Shown here piece by piece: positions 14,357 to 24,429 of a stretch of DNA of 64,000 bases (positions are counted from its first letter, which is position 1; each line of letters opens with the position of its first letter). Under the pieces are notes generated by a model that saw only the letters and a program-made list of their open reading frames with translations, was not told the origin of the DNA and did no database searches. This DNA is from Azolla caroliniana (lineage: Eukaryota; Plantae; Polypodiophyta), in contig JBHGNT010000014.1 in the NCBI GenBank assembly GCA_043228905.1, positions 12,710,001 to 12,774,000 on the forward strand. The letters are read 5' to 3'. Made by a program: the position numbers and the translations under genes.

Positions 14357-14920
14357 GTAAATACCACTGTGGAATGTAGGGGTTGAGCTCAAGACCTCCT
14401 AGTCTTCATGGGGCAACCTTAGCTTACCCTAGTGGTAAGTTGTTACGCTACAAGCACTACGTCATGGGTTTGAAACCTAAATTTTCGAACCCGAATTTCT
14501 CACCTCTCTTAATTCAATAAATGCCACTGTGGAATGTAGGGGTTGAGCCCAAGACCTCCTAATCTCCATTGCCATCTCACTCTCTCTCTCTCTTTGAAGA
14601 GAGTGAGTAGGTGGGTGTCTTTTATTTTGAAGAGAGTGAGTAGCTGAGCTCAAGACCTCCTATTCTTCATTGGGTAACCTTAGCTTACCCTAGTGGTAAG
14701 TTGTTACGCTACAAGCACTACGTCATGGGTTCGAAGCCTAGATTTTCAAACCCGAATTTCTCACCTCTCTTAATTCAATAAATGCCATTGTGGAATGTAG
14801 GGGTTGAGCCCAAGACCTCCTAGTCTCCATTGCCATCTGACTCTCTCTCTCTCTCTCTCTCTCTTTAGAGAGAGTGAGTAGGTGGGTTTCTTTTATTTTG
14901 AGAATCTTGAGAAAGAGAAG
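14357..14920. repeat. Local tandem duplication containing tRNA-like (SINE-head-like) segments
   Basis: About 260-bp periodicity (14386-14640 vs 14645-14900). Box-B-like GGTTCGAAGCC at 14728-14738, with box-A-like TACCCTAGTGG upstream. Confidence 0.6.
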
Positions 14921-14932
14921 AGATACTTATGA

Positions 14933-14974
<42 letters not shown>

Positions 14975-15343
14975 AAACACACAATTACATTAATAAATGT
15001 GCATATAAAACACTACTTACAATAGGTGTCACAATGGAGTATGGTCACCCACTAACTACACTACATGGGTAGTGGAACATGTTGAATTTTCGAATAGGCG
15101 TGTGACGAACACTCCACCAAGGAAAGAATCTTCGCGTCTTGCTCCAATAAAGAAAATTGCCACATTAGTACTCCCTTCAACTTTCCCAGATATGCTTTGA
15201 CTCCATGCCTACCATTAAATAAAAAAACATTGTGCATATCCCAATTATGACGCAATTCGCAATATCTCCGAAATAGGAAAATGATCTCCATCTCTTATTT
15301 TGGGTCAACCTGTGTAAATTGTGCAAACACCCACTATTTACGT

Positions 15344-16158
15344 TGTTGTAGTGTAGGTTGCACACTATGTGGAAATTATATTTTTGTCCCTCCGGATAGA
15401 GAATGGAGTGCTCGGTGAGAACCGGAAGAAAACGGCATACCGGCAAGGAGGAAAACGGCATACCGGAAAGGAGGAAAACGGCATACCGGCAAGGAAGAGC
15501 CGGATAAAGAGACATAAATGTAAAAAGAAAAGGAAATACTCACTACTGCGTAGGGCGTGATTCAAACTCTGCACCTCCACGTTGACAAACCCCAACCTTA
15601 CCATTACATTAACTTATCTTAAGTATTTTGAATATAGATTTAATACGTATAAGACCTTTATGTATGCATACCTTTATTAAAAGGTAAATCGTGTATTTTT
15701 TTAATATATGAAAAGGAAAAAACACGAGACACTAAAAATAACTCATGCACATCTAGCGTGCATGAGCCCTATACTTAGGAAATAAAAAAGCATCACATGC
15801 ACATTTAGTGGACATGAACACTTTTTGTAAAAAAAAAAAAAAAGCATGAAGCCATGCTTAGCTCTTCCTTCCTTATATAAGGAGGAGAGAAATATATAAA
15901 GGGTTGTTGATTATTTGGATTAAGTATTAATCAATAAAAAAAATTATTCGTGGGATTCACGATTTATACATCTACTTCTCTCTTAACACCCTAAGTACCA
16001 ATTAATATAGTATACTCGTGTGATTCACGAGTTTCTTATCTTTCTCTTCGCTATGTATTCATAATTAATCTCTATCTCACGAACTTCTTTCTCCTAGTCC
16101 AAGACCTCTGTGGTTCCCACCCGACTCACGCAACGATCCGGAGCCGAAAGGCACGACA
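15344..16158 (+). repeat. Gypsy-A 5' LTR
   Basis: Direct repeat of 21826-22640. Contains three copies of a ~21-bp unit AAAACGGCATACCGGMAAGGA and a TATATAA box near 15874. Confidence 0.95.
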
Positions 16159-16162
16159 CAGT

Positions 16163-16179
16163 TGGTGAACCCGACGTGA
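16163..16179 (+). promoter_or_regulatory. Primer binding site, tRNA-Trp
   Basis: TGGTGAACCCGACGTGA is the complement of the plant tRNA-Trp 3' end (...TCACGTCGGGTTCACCA). It lies 4 nt from the LTR. Confidence 0.85.
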
Positions 16180-16181
16180 AG

Positions 16182-18236
16182 ATGGGTGGCAAGGAGATGG
16201 AGGCTCAACAAGCTAACAATATGATGGCGATGTTCGAACGGATGCTTCAAGAACAACGCACGATGTCGGAGATTTCGGCATCAGTAGAGCGGCTCGTGCA
16301 ACGCAACGGGCAATTTAATGGTAAGGATGTGTCGCGATATTTGCAGGACTTCAAGGCGGAGATGCTCCGGTGCCGGGCTTCGGAAGGACTGCAAGTGACA
16401 TCCTTTAACCGGGTGGCGACCGACGGGCTTCAAGGGAGTATCCACGGGTTGCAACAACAAAATCCGACGTGGGAAGCATTCGAAGAGGTGTTAAAGACCA
16501 CGTTTGCCATCGAGGACTCCTCCAAGGCAACGCGGAGGGGATTCGAGGATTGGGTGGAAACGTCAGGTAAAGGGCTAAAGGTCCTCGAAGTGTTTTCGAC
16601 ATTCGAAAGTCGGTTCGGGAGGTTGTCCGCGAGAGATCAAACTATTCTTGCACCGGACAAAGTCATCATGTTTTTGCGAGCTGTGGACGTCCGGGACCGG
16701 AAAGATCTCGGAGTGCTTCTTGAGGACACGACCACCGAAAGCGGCCTCACCGAAACATGGGAAAGCGTGCGGGATATCGTCGCGCGGTACACGAAGAGGG
16801 GGCAATGGCTTGCCAACGAAGAAAAGAGGGTTTCGGAACCGATTCCGAAACCGAGAACGGGACTGGAAGACCATCAACCGAGGGCTCGGGAGATTACGGC
16901 CGAGAAGGGAGTCGACGCGTCTACGGTGGAGCAGCTGCTGAAGGAGATGGAGAATCTAAAGATCGCGATGGTGAAGAAGTCGGATGACCGCCCCACAAGC
17001 TCCAAATATACGGATCGACGGTGCATATGGTGCGATAGCGCTGAACACGATCGGAGGGATTGCGACGACCATAAGGAGGCGCTACGACGGGATCTCATCT
17101 ACTACGAGGGAAACCGGATTCATTCGATGGACTCTCGGAAGCCACTCCGACCGAACTTCCGGAAAGGCGGCATGAAGAAGGTGCTCGAGGAGGAGTTAGC
17201 GGCAAGAAGCAACTATGCGACAACCGTGGGAATATGTGTCGGGGAGTCAACGGGAGCGAAGGCGTCTTTCTGGCCGGAGGTGCTAGGAAACACCGAGAAA
17301 ACCGACTCCAACGATATCCGAAACACTGCGGAAGGCGTCCGGGAAGCTACGGGATGGGAGTGCCCTGTCGACAAGAATAGCATATACGCCCTGTGTCAAT
17401 TACATGAGGTGTATGTGGACGAGAAACGACGGCGCACGGAGGATGCGGCCGGACCATCGAAGATACCGGAAAGCTGGAACTCCGGAGGTAAGGGAAAAGA
17501 AAAGGCGACTCCGGCATTCAAGCTCGCCTCGGACATAGAACAACAAACCGACTTGAAAAGAGTGTTCGAGGAAAGAATCTTGGATAGCCGGGTAGATTTT
17601 TCGTTGCGGGAACTACTCGGAATAGCGAAGAAGGAGTTTCACGATCTTCTCGTGGATCTCGTGAAAAGGAAGAGACAAAGTACGGAGGAAAATGCTCCAA
17701 GGGTGAATGCAAATACCGTTTCAATGAACGACACCGAAGTGGAAGGCGAAATTCCGAACTCCCACTATACAAGGCCACACTGGGCACGTGCGACTACGGA
17801 GACTCCGGTCCGAATCGGCAACATCAAAGAACCCGTGCTAGCATTGATTGATCACGGATCGGAGATCAACTTGATGTCCAAGGAGTTCTACCGAAAGGGG
17901 AAGTGGCCTATAAACACCAACCATGGATGGAAGATTCGGGCAGCCACGAAAACGACAGAAGACCTATTTGCGGCTTGTCCGGATGTGACGGTAAAGATCG
18001 GGGATGTCGAAATTGACCAAAATTTCTTTGTGCAGGATGAGGTTTCACATTCTGTCATCCTCGGCCAACCCTTTATCACGGCTTCACGGATGGAGACGAA
18101 GGTGCTCGATAGTGGTGCGGCTTTTGCGCGAATTCGGAGCCAAAACGGAGGGAAATCCGTCCAATTCCTAACGGTGCCGGCAAATCACGAAAGGAACAAG
18201 AGGGAACTCTTGTCCCAAGTGAGAATGGATTTTTAA
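16182..18236 (+). CDS. gag-pro: Gypsy-A Gag-protease ORF
   Basis: First ATG after the PBS. Zinc knuckle CIWCDSAEHDRRDC; aspartic protease LIDHGSEINL...ILGQPF; ends MDF*. Confidence 0.9.
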   Translation: MGGKEMEAQQANNMMAMFERMLQEQRTMSEISASVERLVQRNGQFNGKDVSRYLQDFKAEMLRCRASEGLQVTSFNRVATDGLQGSIHGLQQQNPTWEAFEEVLKTTFAIEDSSKATRRGFEDWVETSGKGLKVLEVFSTFESRFGRLSARDQTILAPDKVIMFLRAVDVRDRKDLGVLLEDTTTESGLTETWESVRDIVARYTKRGQWLANEEKRVSEPIPKPRTGLEDHQPRAREITAEKGVDASTVEQLLKEMENLKIAMVKKSDDRPTSSKYTDRRCIWCDSAEHDRRDCDDHKEALRRDLIYYEGNRIHSMDSRKPLRPNFRKGGMKKVLEEELAARSNYATTVGICVGESTGAKASFWPEVLGNTEKTDSNDIRNTAEGVREATGWECPVDKNSIYALCQLHEVYVDEKRRRTEDAAGPSKIPESWNSGGKGKEKATPAFKLASDIEQQTDLKRVFEERILDSRVDFSLRELLGIAKKEFHDLLVDLVKRKRQSTEENAPRVNANTVSMNDTEVEGEIPNSHYTRPHWARATTETPVRIGNIKEPVLALIDHGSEINLMSKEFYRKGKWPINTNHGWKIRAATKTTEDLFAACPDVTVKIGDVEIDQNFFVQDEVSHSVILGQPFITASRMETKVLDSGAAFARIRSQNGGKSVQFLTVPANHERNKRELLSQVRMDF

Positions 18237-18290
18237 AGCGGACTGTTGCAGAGTGGGGAAGTGATAGTCCGAGAAGCCCTGATACCCCAC
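18227..18290 (+). promoter_or_regulatory. Predicted -1 ribosomal frameshift signal (G_GAU_UUU plus pseudoknot)
   Basis: Slippery heptamer 18227-18233, 6-nt spacer, stem GGACTGTTGC/GTGATAGTCC, loop GTGGGG complementary to CCCCAC (18285-18290). pol lies in the -1 frame. Confidence 0.75.
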
Positions 18291-18550
18291 ACAGGAAGAA
18301 AACTCTCGGAGCAAAACAAGTACGAATCGGCCCGGATGGGGCATCTACGTACACGGCCGTAACCGGAGGAATGAAGAAACAATACCGACAAGTGGAGGAT
18401 AAGTTACGATCGGCATCAATAATAAAAGAAGACGAAGAAATCGTGGGAGTGATCGAGGAAGTGTTCTATGGGAATACACTACAACGGCTTGAAGAGCTTG
18501 CGGAAGATAAAAGCCAAGGGAACCGGGTAGTCCCGGTGGAATAGGTCGAG

Positions 18551-21500
18551 ATGTACGAGATCGTTGCGAAAATGGGGCCGGATGCGCTCCGCAAAGAAGA
18601 AGCAATGGTAAGTACGAAATACAAGACCGTGGAGAAGAAGGTGAAACCGGCCGCGGGACCACTACCCGCCGATAGTGAACAAAAGAAGAAAGAAGTCTCG
18701 GGAGATCCGACACTTCGGAAGTCCGTGGATATCGGACATGCCTTCACAGATGAGACCCGGAAGAAACTTCGGATCGGTGGAGGTGGGTTCCTCTTACAAG
18801 AAGAAGAAAAACGGTTTCGAGAGATGTTGGAGCAACATGGCAAAGCATTCGCGTTCACATCGAGGGAGATCGGATGCATTGATCCAAAGATAGTGGAGCC
18901 GATGGTGATTTTCATGATTGATCATGTATCGTGGAACCTGAAGCCGATTCCGGTGCCACGGGCGCATATTCCGAAAGTCATCGACTTGCCCAAGGAGAAG
19001 GTGGCGATGGGGATTCTAGAGCCATCAAGTGCTCCGTACTCAAATCGATGGTTTACGGTTCCGAAGAAAAATGGGTCACTCCGATTCATCCAAGACTTGC
19101 AGCCGGTGAACAAGGTCACGATCCGGAACTCGGGAGTCGATCCGATAGTGGACGAATTCGCGGAAGCTTTTGCCGGACGTGCGATATACTCCATCGGGGA
19201 CCTATACTCGGGGTATGACCAATTCCAACTAGCCGTGGAGAGCCGAGACATCACTACCATGCGGACACCGATAGGACTAGTTCGAATGTGCACACTACCA
19301 CAAGGAGCGACAAACTCGGTTGCACATATGATGAACGCGATGAACAAGGTGCTTCGAGATTGCATCCCGGAGATAATGATGCCGTTTCTAGATGACATTC
19401 CGATGAAAGGATGCGCGGTGGAAGAAAAAGATGAGACTATGGATGATCGGGGATGCCGAAAGTTCGTGGTCGACCATATTCATGATTGCGAGAAAGTGTT
19501 GCGAAAGCTAGAAGATGTGCACCTAACACTTTCCGGGGAGAAATCGGCATTCGGGCAAGAAGAAATATTGGTGGTCGGACATCTATGTGGACCCTACGGC
19601 CGAAGACCGTCACCAACAAAGATCGATGCGATTCAAGCTATGAAGGAAGTATGTGAGTCAACATCGGAAGTCCGAAGGTTTCTGGGTGCGTGTGCATTCT
19701 ATCACATATGGATTCCGCACTATGCACATATAGCGGACCCGCTCTATCACTTGTTGCGGAAAGGTAAGAAATTCGAGTGGAAACCGGAACACACTAAAGC
19801 CATGAGGAAGCTCAAGAAGACACTATGGAGGGCGGAATCACTTAAGAAGCCAAGCTACGAGCGGCCAATCATAGTAACGGTTGATACAAGTCCAACCGGT
19901 ATCGGGTGGGTCATCAATCAAGCCGACTCAGATGGTTCGCGGTATCCGATCCGATTTGGAGCAAAGGTCCTCAACGAAAGGCAACGCGGATATGCACAAG
20001 TCAAAAGAGAATTGTGGGGAGTCGTGTCGGCGATAAAATCGGATCGGGATTATTTGATCGGAGCTGAAGTGGTGATCGAGACGGATTGTCTTCCGATACT
20101 CGGGATGATGCGGTGTTGTACGATACCGGATGTGGCTATGCTAAGGTGGATTGCATATGTCAAGTCACTTAATCCGGAGGTTCGACACATCTCGGGGAAG
20201 GACAACGCGGTAGCGGACATGTTATCGAGGGCGCGGTTTGAAGACGACATAACCGAATCAGATAATGAAGAAGTTTCCGAAGACTACTTCACGTCAGAAC
20301 ACATATGCCGAGTGAACGTGATCCGAGAATTCCGGGAAGAAGAATACGAGGGGGAAACCTTGATGATCGGGAAGATGCTACAAGAGGTCGAGGATTCAAC
20401 CAATGATAAAGAAAGGAGAGCCGAGATCCGAAGGAAGAAGAGGCAAGTCCAAAAGTTCTTCTTGGAAAACGGTTTAATATGGAGGGCGCCGAAAAGACCG
20501 GATGGGATACCACTTCGAGTAGTCGGGACGAAAGAGCAACGAAACCGGATAATGTCTGAGTTCCACGAATCCGATTGGGCTGGACATCGAGGAACATGGG
20601 CAACTTTTGTGAAAATCAAGCAAAGATATTGGTGGAAGAACATGTATAAAGATGTCGCGGAGTTCACAGAAAGCTGCGAGAAATGTCAAGTCTACTCCGG
20701 GGTCCGACACCGAGATGAGCTGCATCCGACATTCTCACCGACAATCAACTTCAATTGGATGGTCGACATTGTAGCTATGCCGACCGGGATTGGACAAAAG
20801 AAATACTTGGTGTTAGCTCGAGAAGATCTCACAAACCAAGTTGAAGGTCGAGCGCTTCGGAGGAAAACGTGTGCCGCAGTGTGCCAATTTCTTTTGGAAG
20901 AAGTGTTTTGTAGGTACGGCTGCGTAGGACAAGTGATTGCGGACCGGGGAGAACTCGACTCGGACAAAGCTAGGGGATTCTTCGCCAAACATGGAGTTCG
21001 GTTAACGTTGACAACGGCGTACAATCCGAAGGCCAACGGGAAGATCGAACGAGGACATAGTCCGATCGTGAAAGCACTTGCGAAGGCATGCGACGGAAGG
21101 GTGAAGGATTGGCCACAAATGCTTCCGTATGCACTATGGGCGGATCGGACGACGCATAGCTCCGTGACCGGTTACATGCCGGCAGAACTCATGACCGGAC
21201 AAGCACCGGTAATGCCAACGGAAACCGCAATCGCGACATGGACAATACTACCGTGGAAGGAAGAGATGAGCCGGGAAGAACTACTAGCGGTCCGGATACG
21301 ACAACTGGAGGGAAGACCGAAAGATGTAGCGGAAGCGTCACGCCGACAACAAGAAGCACGGTTCCGGAACAAAAGCCGGTTCGACACAAAGCACCGACTA
21401 CGACCGAGGAGGATTGAAGAAGGAGATTGGGTGATCGTCTATGATAGTAGCTTGGACCATCAACATACAACGATGCGGAAATTCGCGAAAAGGTGGTTCG

Positions 21501-21838
21501 GGCCGTACGAGGTTCGGAAGGTCTTCGACAACGGGACGTACCGACTGTCCGAGTTGGATGGAACAATACTACGAGTGCCTATAGCCGGGAAGCGGGTGAA
21601 GATTTTCAAGAAGCGGACCGACGACAAACCTTATGTGATCCAAGTCGAGGCCGACAACGAGGAGCAATCGGACGAAGACCACAATGATGCGGGAAGCGAA
21701 GAAAGTGGATTACAACTCATAGTCGACATAAGGGGAGAATCGGAGGGAGCTTCGGATGAAGTCGGATACGAAGAATCAAGAACTTCGGCACATACCGGAG
21801 GATGTGCGGGTTTGGAGGGGGCGAGTGTCGTAGTGTAG
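18551..21838 (+). CDS. pol: Gypsy-A Pol (RT-RNaseH-integrase); the -1 frame extends back to 18227 except for one TAG at 18542
   Basis: RT LPQG and FLDD; RNase H VDTS/ETDC/ADMLSR; integrase HHCC, D-D-E core, WFGPY; no chromodomain. Confidence 0.93.
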   Translation: MYEIVAKMGPDALRKEEAMVSTKYKTVEKKVKPAAGPLPADSEQKKKEVSGDPTLRKSVDIGHAFTDETRKKLRIGGGGFLLQEEEKRFREMLEQHGKAFAFTSREIGCIDPKIVEPMVIFMIDHVSWNLKPIPVPRAHIPKVIDLPKEKVAMGILEPSSAPYSNRWFTVPKKNGSLRFIQDLQPVNKVTIRNSGVDPIVDEFAEAFAGRAIYSIGDLYSGYDQFQLAVESRDITTMRTPIGLVRMCTLPQGATNSVAHMMNAMNKVLRDCIPEIMMPFLDDIPMKGCAVEEKDETMDDRGCRKFVVDHIHDCEKVLRKLEDVHLTLSGEKSAFGQEEILVVGHLCGPYGRRPSPTKIDAIQAMKEVCESTSEVRRFLGACAFYHIWIPHYAHIADPLYHLLRKGKKFEWKPEHTKAMRKLKKTLWRAESLKKPSYERPIIVTVDTSPTGIGWVINQADSDGSRYPIRFGAKVLNERQRGYAQVKRELWGVVSAIKSDRDYLIGAEVVIETDCLPILGMMRCCTIPDVAMLRWIAYVKSLNPEVRHISGKDNAVADMLSRARFEDDITESDNEEVSEDYFTSEHICRVNVIREFREEEYEGETLMIGKMLQEVEDSTNDKERRAEIRRKKRQVQKFFLENGLIWRAPKRPDGIPLRVVGTKEQRNRIMSEFHESDWAGHRGTWATFVKIKQRYWWKNMYKDVAEFTESCEKCQVYSGVRHRDELHPTFSPTINFNWMVDIVAMPTGIGQKKYLVLAREDLTNQVEGRALRRKTCAAVCQFLLEEVFCRYGCVGQVIADRGELDSDKARGFFAKHGVRLTLTTAYNPKANGKIERGHSPIVKALAKACDGRVKDWPQMLPYALWADRTTHSSVTGYMPAELMTGQAPVMPTETAIATWTILPWKEEMSREELLAVRIRQLEGRPKDVAEASRRQQEARFRNKSRFDTKHRLRPRRIEEGDWVIVYDSSLDHQHTTMRKFAKRWFGPYEVRKVFDNGTYRLSELDGTILRVPIAGKRVKIFKKRTDDKPYVIQVEADNEEQSDEDHNDAGSEESGLQLIVDIRGESEGASDEVGYEESRTSAHTGGCAGLEGASVVV

Positions 21839-22640
21839 GTTGCACACTATGTGGAAATTATATTTTTGTCCCTCCGGATAGAGAATGGAGTGCTCGGTGA
21901 GAACCGGAAGAAAACGGCATACCGGCAAGGAGGAAAACGGCATACCGGAAAGGAGGAAAACGGCATACCGGCAAGGAAGAGCCGGATAAAGAGACATAAA
22001 TGTAAAAAGAAAAGGAAATACTCACTACTGCGCAGGGCGTGATTTGAACTCTGCACCTCCACGTTGACAAACCCCAACCTTACCATTACATTAACTTATC
22101 TTAAGTGTTTTAAATATAGATTTAATACATATAAGACCTTTATTTATGCATACCTTTATTAAAAGGTAAATCGTGTATTTTTTTAATATATGAAAAGGAA
22201 AAAACACGAGACACTAAAAATAACTCATGCACATCTAGCGTGCATGAGCCCTATACTTAGGAAATAAAAAAGCATCACATGCACATTTAGTGGACATGAA
22301 CACTTTTTGTAAAAAAAAAAAAGAAGCATGAAGCCATGCTTAGCTCTTCCTTCCTTATATAAGGAGGAGAGAAATATATAAAGGGTTGTTGATTATTTGG
22401 ATTAAGTATTAATCAATAAAAAAAATTATTCGTGGGATTCACGATTTATACATCTACTTCTCTCTTAACACCCTAAGTACCAATTAATATAGTATACTCG
22501 TGTGATTCACGAGTTTCTTATCTTTCTCTTCGCTATTTATTCATAATTAATCTCTATCTCACGAACTTCTTTCTCCTAGTCCAAGACCTCTGTGGTTCCC
22601 ACCCGACTCACGCAACGATCCGGAGCCGAAAGGCACGACA
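21826..22640 (+). repeat. Gypsy-A 3' LTR
   Basis: TGTCGT...ACGACA, direct repeat of the 5' LTR. Confidence 0.95.
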
Positions 22641-24429
22641 ACGTGTCCAATAACACCGTGATAAAACTTGCCAAATTTGAGAAATATAACTCCAAATCTA
22701 ACAAGCAATCAGAGATTGTATAAAAGGATTCAAGTATTACCTTCCATTTGAATTGTACAAAAGAAGCAATTGCCCCCCATTGCTAGTCCATGAGGCTTTA
22801 GAGCTAATCCCAAAGGCAATCCCCCAATCAAATCTCTCCAAATGAAGATTTTTGTTACAAGTGGCAATTTAGAATGCCAACTACGTTTTGAGATTTGCCA
22901 TCACCCATGATAAAATTTGTGTATTTTCCATCCTTCTTCGGCCTTAGATGGTAGTCATCCAAGAGAATCAACAAAACGATGATACAAATGATTAGTAGTT
23001 ACTTTTAATGGTGTCTGTCCCCGTAAACACCAATCAATCAACGATTATTCTCCTGTTTGTAGAGGTAAAGGACTTTGCATCAAGGCAATATTTTGTAGTT
23101 GTTCCCAGATAAACACATAATTAGGTGGGATGCGTAATACTTGTAACACTTCAACAAACTCCAAAATTCTTTGTGATGGAGCCTCAACTATATCTCCCAC
23201 CACTTTTTGATCCCCAAACAAAAAAAAAGGTTAAACGAAGAGCACAATCTCTCCTTTCCAGGCCAACATAATAACCAAGAAGACACAAGTAACTCTTTTT
23301 GCAAATAGTTACAATCTTCTCTACAATATTGTGGTGGTCACATGGACCACACCTAGATTAGGCCCCTACCAAGCCCCATGCACCACACATAGACCACACC
23401 CAAATTAGGCCCCTACCAAGCCTCATGCACCACACCCAAACTAGGCCCCCACCAAGCCCCATAATTAGTAGAGCTAATTGGAGCGGGAGAACACCCTCCA
23501 CGCTAAGAGAGAGTCTATAAAATGTAACTTGAGACATAATGAAAAGGGGGCTATTCTTGAGAGCATTTCACATCTTGAGCATTTCACATCTTGGTGGAGA
23601 AGACGGGCCAAGCCACCCCAACTCACGACCCCAACAACGCCCGCCACGATGCAACACGACAACAACGACGGCAACGCAAACTCGATGAATCCGGGATTCC
23701 TACAACACAATCAAGGACACCAGCCCACATCGCCAATCGACCAACTGGTTCAATCTCTGTCCAACATCATTTTACAAGTTAACCATACTAACCAAGCCAT
23801 GTTGTCCTTTCTTTCAGCACGATCCGAGCCACAACAAAATCTCCCGGACTCTCGAGTTCGCCCAAAACCGTTCTCCGGCCTACCATCGGAAGATGTCCTC
23901 TCTTGGCTGGATCATTTCGAAATGGTGGCCAGTTACCACCAGTGGCCACACCCTCGGAAGGCAATGGAGATGAAGACACTCCTCGAGAATATCGCGGCAA
24001 CATGGCTTGTACAACAACCCGAAGAGACACGCAACGACTGGGATCTGTTACGAGCAGCCATGATTCGGAATTTTGCTCATCAAGACTCCCGCCAGACGGC
24101 CCTACAACAACTTGAGTCAATTACCCAACAACCACGCGAACCCATCACCCAGTTCGCGGTTCGTTTTGTGCAGATCCTACGCCGGGCTGACGCCAACATG
24201 TCGGAGGACATGAAGTTGTTTTTTTTCTGGTCGCGTATACGACATGACCTCCGCCGCCGTGTACGCGATCAAGGCCCGACGACACTACACGAAGCCATCC
24301 TCACTGCCCAACGCATCGAAGCTGCAGACGCGCACGACATGCACACACCAGGTAATCTCAGTCATGATCATACAAACACTATACCAGCCGTCACTCCCAT
24401 GGACATCGACATCCAGAACGCGCAATTAC

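Larger units (their letters stand above)
15344..22640 (+). mobile_element. Gypsy-A: full-length non-chromoviral Ty3/Gypsy LTR retrotransposon with tRNA-Trp PBS (tentatively Phygy-like)
   Basis: 815-bp LTRs at 15344-16158 and 21826-22640 (TG...CA, ~10 differences). 4-bp TSD ACGT (15340-15343 / 22641-22644). PBS and PPT (GGAGGGGGCGAG) present. Gag-PR ORF followed by an RT-RH-INT ORF. Confidence 0.95.

Noticed and set aside
15425-15495. Short repeats in LTRs (also 24905-25010 and 23345-23460) as CRISPR-like arrays
   Set aside because: Tandem LTR sub-repeats without unique spacers, in eukaryotic DNA.
16110-16181. GTG-initiated N-terminal extension of Gypsy-A Gag
   Set aside because: It starts inside the LTR and runs through the PBS; the first ATG after the PBS is more plausible.
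18542-18544. TAG just upstream of the Gypsy-A pol ATG as a programmed readthrough site
   Set aside because: The equivalent codon in Gypsy-D is Ser, so a copy-specific nonsense mutation is simpler.
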